Assembly: GCA_902544525.1 (NCBI GenBank)
Contig: CACCCN010000002.1
Location: forward strand, 17,416 to 81,415
Reading direction: 5' to 3'
Length of the DNA: 64,000 bases
Source: an uncultured Pelagibacteraceae bacterium
GTDB lineage: Bacteria > Pseudomonadota > Alphaproteobacteria > Pelagibacterales > AG-422-B15
This document shows, one piece after another, positions 9,357-16,509 of the stretch. The position numbers and the translations under genes are program-made. The stretch's first letter is position 1; every line of letters starts with the position of its first letter. The notes under the pieces were generated by a model that saw nothing but the letters and a program-made list of their open reading frames with translations, was not told the DNA's origin and did not search any database.

Positions 9357-10352
9357 TTAATTAATAATAGGCATAATTTTTGAAAACTGACATTGCCCAA
9401 TTTTTTGATTTACTGAATTAAACATATCTTCACTAGAAAATCTCGCTAAAACATCTTTGTCTAAGTCTAAAGTATCTGCCATTTGATTTAACATTCCAGC
9501 AATGGCTACATTAGCTGCACGCATATTTCCATCAGCTATTTTTAGAACCATAGCCGCATTTGCTAGAGGAAATATTACAGCATACACCCCTTCAGCACCG
9601 TTCTTTGCAAAAAATTTTTTTGATGAAGCTGCGGTCATTATACTATTAGGTGACCTAGTTCCACCGGTGAGATACGGAAATTTTATAGTCGACTTAATAA
9701 TTTGCGCAGCTGCATCTTGCATTTTTCCTTTTAAAAGATTAGGGGCAGTAATTTTTGCTAATGCTCTTGCAAATCCCTGCAAGCTTAAATAAGGGGCTGG
9801 CAATGTACAACCATCAATTCCAACCACATCAATATCCTCTTGAGCAAGATCCTGAAATACATTCAACATTGCTTTTTGGGCAGGATGACCTATTAAATGG
9901 TAATTTTCTATATCCCAACCTTGATTTTGACAAAGAGCTAATTGTCCACAATGTTTTCCTGAGCAGTTATGATAAATACGCGATGAATCTATATTTTGTT
10001 CTCGGAGTAATTGACGGTCCTCTGGGTTGCGAGGTAATTCTATGCCACAAGATAGGTGCTCAGACGTTAGCTTCATATCACTTAACCATGAGTTAATTTC
10101 TTTAGAATGAATTTCTTCACCATGGTGAGATGCACATGCTAGTGCAGCCTGCTTATCGGTAAGTTTAGTTCCATGGCTTAAAATAGTAAAAGTTTGAATA
10201 GACTTCATTGCTGATCTTGGGAATAACTTTCCATTTTCATCTCCCCAAAATGCTAATAACTCACCCTCAAACGAAACTAAGACACCTGAGCCATAATGCA
10301 TGCTCTCTACAGTATTACCTCTGATGATTTCAGCCATTAATATATTTTTCAT
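9357..10352 (-). CDS. asparaginase II family protein (Rhizobium-type L-asparaginase)
   Basis: RGNTVESMHYGSGVLV N-terminus, FPRSAMKSIQ, CSGKHCG motif, about 330 aa. Confidence 0.7.
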   Translation of the reverse strand: MKNILMAEIIRGNTVESMHYGSGVLVSFEGELLAFWGDENGKLFPRSAMKSIQTFTILSHGTKLTDKQAALACASHHGEEIHSKEINSWLSDMKLTSEHLSCGIELPRNPEDRQLLREQNIDSSRIYHNCSGKHCGQLALCQNQGWDIENYHLIGHPAQKAMLNVFQDLAQEDIDVVGIDGCTLPAPYLSLQGFARALAKITAPNLLKGKMQDAAAQIIKSTIKFPYLTGGTRSPNSIMTAASSKKFFAKNGAEGVYAVIFPLANAAMVLKIADGNMRAANVAIAGMLNQMADTLDLDKDVLARFSSEDMFNSVNQKIGQCQFSKIMPIIN

Positions 10353-10355
10353 ATC

Positions 10356-11285
10356 TTACTCTTGTAGTCCACTTATATGGCCTATCATCGCATTTTCTAA
10401 TGCGCTAATATCATAGCCACCTTCAAGCATTGATAGGATTTTGCCATTGCAATATTTATCTGCAATTATTTTTAATTTTTTTGTCAAAATTACGAAGTCT
10501 TCATTAGATAGATTAATATTCGCCAATGGATCATCTTTATGTGCATCAAATCCAGCAGAGATAATTAAAAAATCAGGCTGTTGTATCTCTAGCTGTTCAA
10601 TTATTTTCTCTTGAAATATTTTTTGATAGCTTGCTGAGCTAGTACCTGAAACAAGAGGAATATTAAATATATTTCCACAACCAACCTCATCTACATCGCC
10701 TGTACCGGGATATAACGGATATTGATGCGTAGAATAATAAGTTACATTTTTATTATTATAAAAAATATCTTGGGTGCCGTTGCCATGATGAACATCAAAG
10801 TCAACAATTGCTATATTTGAGTAATCATACTTATTAATTAGATAATAAGCTGCAATTGCTACATTATTAAAGACACAAAATCCCATCGACTTATTGATGC
10901 ACGCATGATGTCCTGGTGGCCTAACTATGCAAAAAGCATTTTTAGACTTACCATCAATTATTGAATTAATAGCATCAATTCCGGCCCCAGCAGCTCTAAG
11001 AGTAGCGTCTTTTGAACCACTTGATACAGGTGTTTCTTGGTCAAGATAGTATATCTCATCATTTTCTGGAAATTTATTAATCGTTGCGTCTACAAAGTCT
11101 TTATCATGTGCTGCATATATGAGTTCTTTTTTTATTTTTTCTGGCTCTTCTATTGCAATATTTGGAAAATTTTCTTTTTGAATAAGACCCATTATATTTT
11201 TAGTCCTATTGGCACATTCGGGATTATTTAAAGTTGGAATATGATTTTCAAAATCTGTATGATAAAATATTTTTGTTACAGTCAT
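10356..11285 (-). CDS. histone deacetylase family enzyme (acetoin utilisation/acetylpolyamine amidohydrolase-like)
   Basis: RPPGHHA, DFDVHHGNGTQ, GFDAHKDDPL, EGGY motifs. Confidence 0.85.
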   Translation of the reverse strand: MTVTKIFYHTDFENHIPTLNNPECANRTKNIMGLIQKENFPNIAIEEPEKIKKELIYAAHDKDFVDATINKFPENDEIYYLDQETPVSSGSKDATLRAAGAGIDAINSIIDGKSKNAFCIVRPPGHHACINKSMGFCVFNNVAIAAYYLINKYDYSNIAIVDFDVHHGNGTQDIFYNNKNVTYYSTHQYPLYPGTGDVDEVGCGNIFNIPLVSGTSSASYQKIFQEKIIEQLEIQQPDFLIISAGFDAHKDDPLANINLSNEDFVILTKKLKIIADKYCNGKILSMLEGGYDISALENAMIGHISGLQE

Positions 11286-11290
11286 AAATT

Positions 11291-11923
11291 ATGAGTCAAA
11301 AAATTGTAAAATATTCAAAAAATACTATTAGATTGCTCTGTCAAAGTCTAGACAATGGAAATATTATTGCTGTTCCAACTGATACAGTTTATGGATTAAT
11401 TGCAGATGCTCATAATGAAAATGCTGTAAACAAGATTTTTAAAGCAAAGTTGCGTCCAAAAAAACTGCCATTAATAATATTTGTTCCATCATTAGATGCG
11501 GCAAAAAAAATAGGATTTTTTTCTAAAGATGATATTCAGCTAGCAAAAGTATTCTGGCCAGGAGATTTGACACTTGTAGTAAAAAAGAAAAAGAAGAATA
11601 TATTTTATGGCCATAAGGCATTCTCAACAATAGGTATAAGAATACCAAAACATAAAGCACTTCTTGATCTTCTTAAAAATTACAGAAAACCCCTTGCCAG
11701 CACAAGCGCCAATACCCATAAGCAGGTTGCACCAAAACATATCGATAAATTAGATATAATCTCCAATAATTATGTTAGTTATGCTCTAAGTAGTTTACAT
11801 AAAATTGAGGGAACAGAATCCACTATAGTTTCTTTTATAAATAAAAAAATTGAGATTATAAGAAAAGGGAGAATAACTTCAAAGATGCTAAATAATGCGC
11901 TTAAGAATCAACAAAAGCATTAA
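11291..11923 (+). CDS. tsaC: L-threonylcarbamoyladenylate synthase (YrdC/TsaC family)
   Basis: VPTDTVYGL, WPGDLTLV, STSAN motifs. Confidence 0.85.
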   Translation: MSQKIVKYSKNTIRLLCQSLDNGNIIAVPTDTVYGLIADAHNENAVNKIFKAKLRPKKLPLIIFVPSLDAAKKIGFFSKDDIQLAKVFWPGDLTLVVKKKKKNIFYGHKAFSTIGIRIPKHKALLDLLKNYRKPLASTSANTHKQVAPKHIDKLDIISNNYVSYALSSLHKIEGTESTIVSFINKKIEIIRKGRITSKMLNNALKNQQKH

Positions 11924-12500
11924 ATGAGAAACTTCTTCTCTCACCTTCTCCCCTAAATGGATGCACATCATGCATTAAAAAAGAAGGAAAGATAAATAAA
12001 TTTCCAATTTTAGGCTTAAAAGTTTTTCTGTGTTGTACTAATGGAGGACTATTTCTAGGCATTGAAACCCTTCCATCCATGAATGAAATATGACCTGCAA
12101 AGCCTTTTTCTTTGCCTGTTGATATTGAGCTTGGTATTTTTAAATAACCAACTCCGCTTATATTGCCGCGGTGAATATGTGGTGGATTAAAATCTCCAGC
12201 GTACTGGCAAACAATCCATGCAGAATCAATTGTAACTTTTTTTACTTTTACGCCAGGAACTTGTAAATAGTACTTTTTAATTGCAGATATAATTTCATTT
12301 TCTAAAATTTTTTTGAAACTTGCTTTTGTTATAATAAATTGTTGCTCTACATTTCCGATTAACTTATTAGAATGGTCTAGTTTTCTACTTTTTGTTTTAC
12401 TTGCCATTATAAAATCACAATAATTATTGGTTTTATCTATAGTTGTTTTTTTAAGCTCAAACTTTCCGATTGATGGTCCAAATGGTTTAATTATTTTCAT
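11901..12500 (-). CDS. 2OG-Fe(II) oxygenase family protein (TIGR02466-like)
   Basis: NPPHIHRGNISGVGYL and LFIFPSFLMHDVHPF..RRSFSFN motifs. Start moved to ATG 12500 because the track's N-terminal 30 aa are a translated tRNA. Confidence 0.65.
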   Translation of the reverse strand: MKIIKPFGPSIGKFELKKTTIDKTNNYCDFIMASKTKSRKLDHSNKLIGNVEQQFIITKASFKKILENEIISAIKKYYLQVPGVKVKKVTIDSAWIVCQYAGDFNPPHIHRGNISGVGYLKIPSSISTGKEKGFAGHISFMDGRVSMPRNSPPLVQHRKTFKPKIGNLFIFPSFLMHDVHPFRGEGERRSFSFNAFVDS

Positions 12501-12513
12501 TTTTATACCCTTA

Positions 12514-12590
12514 TGGTGCGCCCGGCAGGACTCGAACCTGCAACCCTCAGATTCGAAATCTGATGCTCTATCCAGTTGAGCCACGGGCAC
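12514..12590 (-). tRNA. tRNA-Arg (anticodon UCG), CCA encoded
   Basis: Hand-folded cloverleaf: acceptor GUGCCCG/CGGGCGC, D arm GCUC/GAGC with A20, anticodon arm UCAGA-UUUCGAA-UCUGA, T arm GCAGG-UUCGAGU-CCUGC, A73, CCA. 77 nt. Confidence 0.9.
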
Positions 12591-12635
12591 ATATTATATA
12601 TAATAGTGATCTTTATAATATAATTATAAAATAAT

Positions 12636-13052
12636 ATGAATTTTTTAAATATTTTAGATAAATTTGGAAGAAAAAGAATAGTTATGGATAGAGGTAAGTC
12701 TCATCCCGAATACCATCTCGCAAAACCATGGACAATTAGATATTATCCTTTTTTGAGGAAAAGGCCTCGATGGTTTCCATTTAATATTATTATAAATCAT
12801 ATTATTGATGATGATCATGGAGTTGGTACTCATAATCACCCTTTTCCTTTCATCACGATTATTATTAAGGGTGGCTACTGGGAGACTTTTGATGGATCTA
12901 AAGAAAAAATTTGGCGAGCTCCAGGGTATGTTGGGTTTAGATCAGCTGATCAAAAACACAGGGTAGATTTAGAACCAGGCATAAAGGCAGTAACTATTTT
13001 TATTGCAGGGCCTTATGGACTAAGAAAAGCAAATAGAAGTGGTTACGGTTAG
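12636..13052 (+). CDS. hypothetical small cupin-like protein
   Basis: THNHPFPF...GGYWE...HRVDL...TIFIAGP pattern. It resembles an uncharacterised H-x-H-P-W family I recall from phage and proteobacterial genomes. Start uncertain (alternative Met17). Confidence 0.45.
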   Translation: MNFLNILDKFGRKRIVMDRGKSHPEYHLAKPWTIRYYPFLRKRPRWFPFNIIINHIIDDDHGVGTHNHPFPFITIIIKGGYWETFDGSKEKIWRAPGYVGFRSADQKHRVDLEPGIKAVTIFIAGPYGLRKANRSGYG

Positions 13053-13306
13053 TATTTTATAAATTGTAATTTTATATGATTTCTAAATTTTCTATCTTTC
13101 TTAAGAGCATACTCTCTTTTTAAAGCTTCTGATTTAGATTTTAATTCTTCAAAATATAATAGCTCCCAAATTCTGCCCTTAGTACTTTTTGCGCCTTTAT
13201 TCGAATTATGCTTCTTAAGTCTTTCATCTATGTTATTGGTCCATCCAACATAAGTTGTAAACTTTTCATCTTTAACACTGCCAATAATATATGCAAAATA
13301 AGACAT
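13049..13306 (-). CDS. GIY-YIG nuclease family protein (UPF0213-like)
   Basis: YFAYIIG...TYVGWTNNIDERLKKHNSNKGAKSTKG...ALKREYALKK. Confidence 0.8.
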   Translation of the reverse strand: MSYFAYIIGSVKDEKFTTYVGWTNNIDERLKKHNSNKGAKSTKGRIWELLYFEELKSKSEALKREYALKKDRKFRNHIKLQFIKY

Positions 13307-13339
13307 ATTAATAAAACAAAATTAGAATATGGTTATACA

Positions 13340-13432
13340 ATGATTCAAAAATTCATAAAAATTTTTATATTATCAATATTACCTTTATTTATAGTATCAT
13401 GTGTGAATATCCCCTTAATTCCAGGAATTTAG
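13340..13432 (+). CDS. 30-aa putative micro-lipoprotein
   Basis: MIQKFIKIFILSILPLFIVSCVNIPLIPGI: signal peptide plus lipobox (IVS-C), 10-residue mature peptide, C-terminal IPGI shared with the next ORF. Confidence 0.4.
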   Translation: MIQKFIKIFILSILPLFIVSCVNIPLIPGI

Positions 13433-13504
13433 TCAATAAATAAATTGTATTAGTAAATAAAATAATTATAGTTAAAAAATATAATTATATTTGGAGATCA
13501 CAAA

Positions 13505-13621
13505 ATGAGAGTTACACTTACCGTATTAGCTATAAGTTTCATGATTACTGCTTGTACAACTTTACAGGGAATAAACGAAACTATTAAAGGTGATGGTGTT
13601 CCATATATACCTGGAATATAG
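13505..13621 (+). CDS. 38-aa putative lipoprotein, entericidin-like
   Basis: Hand-translated MRVTLTVLAISFMITACTTLQGINETIKGDGVPYIPGI. GGAGA Shine-Dalgarno 8 nt upstream, lipobox ITA-C. C-TT-x-G-x-x-E-x-I-x-x-G resembles the EcnA/EcnB mature peptide. Followed by a terminator. Confidence 0.5.
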   Translation: MRVTLTVLAISFMITACTTLQGINETIKGDGVPYIPGI

Positions 13622-13625
13622 TCTC

Positions 13626-13664
13626 AAAAACTGACTTTATAAGATTGATAAAGTCAGTTTTTTT
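13626..13664 (+). terminator. intrinsic terminator (bidirectional A-tract/stem/T-tract)
   Basis: AAAAACTGACTTTAT-aagattg-ATAAAGTCAGTTTTT followed by more T residues, directly after the stop at 13621. Confidence 0.7.
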
Positions 13665-13725
13665 GTAATTTTTTGATATTTTTATTCAATTTAAAAATTT
13701 AATATTGAGAGTATAGTCATTGATA

Positions 13726-14853
13726 ATGACAAAAGTTCAAATTTCAGGCACTGGCCTGTACACTCCTAAAGAAATTCTAACAAATGATGAACTTGTTGAG
13801 TCATATAATAACTTTGTTGATGAATTTAATTTGGAAAATAAAGATAAGATCGATAAAGGTGAAATTGATGAGTTACAAAAATCAAATACAGAATTTATCG
13901 AAAAAGCTTCTGGCGTAAAGTCAAGATATGTACAAAATAAATCGGGCATTTTAGATACAAAGTTTATGCGCCCTCGATTAAGGGAGCGATCTGAAAGCGA
14001 ATTATCTAATTTAGCCGAAATGGGTGTGGCTGCAGCAAAACAAGCTATTAAGAATGCCAATATAAGTACTGACAAAATAGATGCTGTAATTGTTGCATGC
14101 TCAAATCTTGAACGCCCGTACCCTGCTATTGCTATTGAAATCCAGAATGCATTAAATATAAATGGCTTTGCTTTCGATATGAATGTTGCATGCTCCTCAG
14201 CAACTTTTGGAATTCAAACAATCTTTGATATGATTAAAAGTGGATCTATCAGATCTGCTCTTATGGTTAATCCCGAAATATGCAGCGGTCACTTAAATTT
14301 TAAAGATCGAGATTGTCATTTCATATTTGGAGATGTAGCGACAGCAGTTATAATTGAAGAGTTTGATGAAAAGTCTAACGGTCCTAATACTTACGAAATA
14401 TTAGGTACTAAGCTTTATACAGAATTCTCTAATAATATTCGAAATAATTATGGCTTTCTTAACTCTTCATCTCCTGAAGGAGTTGACCAACCAGATAAAT
14501 TGTTTCATCAGAATGGAAGACAAGTTTTTAAAGAAGTTGTACCTAAGGTTGCCTCTCTTATTAAAGATCACTTAGAAACAAATAATATCAAAGTGATAGA
14601 TATTAAAGCTATGTATTTACACCAAGCTAATGAGAATATGAATAGATTAATAAGTAAATACATTCTCGGCGAAGAGGCAACACGTGATTTCGCTCCTATA
14701 GTCTTGGATGAGTACGCAAATACTAGCTCTGCTGGTTCAATAATCGCTTTTCATAAGCACAATCAAAGCTTAAAAGAAAATGATCTAGCTATTATTTGTT
14801 CTTTTGGTGCTGGGTACTCAATTGGCAATGTAATTGTAAGAAAAATATCTTAA
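13726..14853 (+). CDS. beta-ketoacyl-ACP synthase III family (long FabH-like)
   Basis: Cys-His-Asn triad contexts ACSSATFG, LHQANENM, YANTSSAGS. ATG at 13726 (the track uses TTG at 13720). Confidence 0.8.
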   Translation: MTKVQISGTGLYTPKEILTNDELVESYNNFVDEFNLENKDKIDKGEIDELQKSNTEFIEKASGVKSRYVQNKSGILDTKFMRPRLRERSESELSNLAEMGVAAAKQAIKNANISTDKIDAVIVACSNLERPYPAIAIEIQNALNINGFAFDMNVACSSATFGIQTIFDMIKSGSIRSALMVNPEICSGHLNFKDRDCHFIFGDVATAVIIEEFDEKSNGPNTYEILGTKLYTEFSNNIRNNYGFLNSSSPEGVDQPDKLFHQNGRQVFKEVVPKVASLIKDHLETNNIKVIDIKAMYLHQANENMNRLISKYILGEEATRDFAPIVLDEYANTSSAGSIIAFHKHNQSLKENDLAIICSFGAGYSIGNVIVRKIS

Positions 14854-15404
14854 AAATCGTGAATTGGTTTAGCAAAAATTCGCTTAACCATTGGTTCAAA
14901 ATACTCTATAGGAAAACTTTCATAGTTTGGATCAAAAGAAGCCTGATCCCATTTTTCACAAAAATCAACTGTTGCCTGATAATAAGGTGAATCTTTGTAT
15001 CTATCTCTAGCGTTTCTGTCCTTACCTATATGGTGGGCATAATAATAATTTTGAAAAACCCCGTGATGTTTTACAATCCAATATACTTTTTCAGATACAT
15101 ACGGTCGTAGTATTGAAGCAGCAAATTGACTGTGATTAAATACTGCTAATCCATCTCCAATATCATGAAGCAAAGCAGCAACAATCATCTCTTCATCTGC
15201 TCCATCTTTTGCAGCTCTTGTTGCAGTTTGCAAGCTGTGTTCAAGTCTAGTAATTTGATAGCCATCTAATGAGCCATCTAAATTTTTGAGAAATTGCAAT
15301 ATTCTATCAGAGAGGCCTTCTACAAAACCTTCTTCATACTTACTAAGAAGATCATAGTCTTCCTTAGTGCCATATTTCATTTCTGTAAACTTAACTTTAT
15401 CCAT
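14850..15404 (-). CDS. HD-domain oxygenase, PhnZ/TmpB-like
   Basis: H..HD..H..H..D ligand pattern: RLEHSLQ, AALLHDIGD, FNHSQFAA, VKHHG, EKWDQ. The region ITRLEHSLQTATRAAKDGADEEMIVAALLHDIGD closely resembles PhnZ as I recall it. 8-nt overlap with the upstream dioxygenase gene. Confidence 0.7.
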   Translation of the reverse strand: MDKVKFTEMKYGTKEDYDLLSKYEEGFVEGLSDRILQFLKNLDGSLDGYQITRLEHSLQTATRAAKDGADEEMIVAALLHDIGDGLAVFNHSQFAASILRPYVSEKVYWIVKHHGVFQNYYYAHHIGKDRNARDRYKDSPYYQATVDFCEKWDQASFDPNYESFPIEYFEPMVKRIFAKPIHDF

Positions 15405-16494
15405 ATATATTTTTTTTTAGTATTTTATATTTACTTTCGATTGAGTCATGATCGATATATAAACCTTGAAGAAATCTACTTCCTTCTGAAGTATTAAAAC
15501 TAGTTCGACCATGTAAAAGCCTATAATTATCCATTATTATTAAACCACCTTCCGGTAGTCTAAAATTAATCATATATTTTTCTGAGTTAATCATTCTATG
15601 AAAAATCCTTTTTGCTTCGTAATATTTTTCTAATTTATCAGGTGATTGGTAAGGAACTAAGTCAAGTCTATTGCTAAAGCGTATTTGAGAGAGTTCACCT
15701 TGATCATTTAATTCAATTGTAGTTCCAGTATTTTCAAGAACTGTGTCTTGATCTGTAAATCTAAAGAATATATTAGTGTCTTTTAGTATTTTATAAGCTT
15801 CTGGATATTGATTCATTAAGTCTTTTGCTACCTGAAAACCATCAACGAGAGTTGAATTTCCACCTAAACAGTTATTCTCAATACAAAATAAAAATTGTAT
15901 TGATGGCACTGGTCTTCTGTAAGGATTGTCCGTGTGTGGTCCTAACTCAATTGATGTATATGCTAAGTCGTTAGGTTGTTTCTTCGATCTTACATTAAAT
16001 GTTTTGCCAAAATTAGTTTCTCGAATAAATCCTATTCTCTCTGCAAAATTTATTATTTCTCCTTCTTCTGGTTTCAAACTTTGGATAACAACAAACCCAT
16101 ATTTATGAAAATACTCTAATATTTCTAGCATTTGTTCATCGGTATTGGCTTCATATTCAAAATGAAAGTCTTTAAAATCTAAACTTTCAGAATTCCACAT
16201 GATTTTGGCTGGTAATGTCTCTTTTTTTTCAACCTCACACATGAGTTCATTAAGCGAATATCTAGCTTCATGTTTGTCAGAAAATTTAATAAGAATTTCA
16301 TCATGATTTAGTTGTCTCGCATCTTCAAAAGTCAAGCTGTCTTCAAGCGTTTCTGGGTCATAAAGTCGTTGCAAAGACCTTGGGTCAACTGCACTTTCTT
16401 CTTTTGATCTTTCACGTAACCACAAGGGGTGAAGTATAATTGCCTCTTTATCCTTAAAGAGTCTTATTTCACTTGAGTCGAATTCTATATTCAT
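15397..16494 (-). CDS. Fe(II)/2OG dioxygenase of the gamma-butyrobetaine hydroxylase family (TmpA-like candidate)
   Basis: DUF971-like N domain (LWLRERS), HTD facial-triad motif, C-terminal LLHGRTSF. Paralogue of 34851-35990. Confidence 0.75.
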   Translation of the reverse strand: MNIEFDSSEIRLFKDKEAIILHPLWLRERSKEESAVDPRSLQRLYDPETLEDSLTFEDARQLNHDEILIKFSDKHEARYSLNELMCEVEKKETLPAKIMWNSESLDFKDFHFEYEANTDEQMLEILEYFHKYGFVVIQSLKPEEGEIINFAERIGFIRETNFGKTFNVRSKKQPNDLAYTSIELGPHTDNPYRRPVPSIQFLFCIENNCLGGNSTLVDGFQVAKDLMNQYPEAYKILKDTNIFFRFTDQDTVLENTGTTIELNDQGELSQIRFSNRLDLVPYQSPDKLEKYYEAKRIFHRMINSEKYMINFRLPEGGLIIMDNYRLLHGRTSFNTSEGSRFLQGLYIDHDSIESKYKILKKNIYG

Positions 16495-16509
16495 ATGTAA
16501 AATATATTA

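Noticed and set aside
12501-12590. The six-frame ORF 11901-12590 begins MPVAQLDRASDFESEGCRFESCRAHH...
   Set aside because: That peptide is the well-known spurious translation of a tRNA gene. The region folds into tRNA-Arg, so the CDS was trimmed to ATG 12500.
11901-13306. Possible prophage remnant or integrative island at tRNA-Arg
   Set aside because: I found no integrase, no recombinase, and no duplicated tRNA 3' segment acting as an att repeat. The region is only about 1.4 kb of small genes, so it is not called a mobile element (kept only as a low-interest observation).
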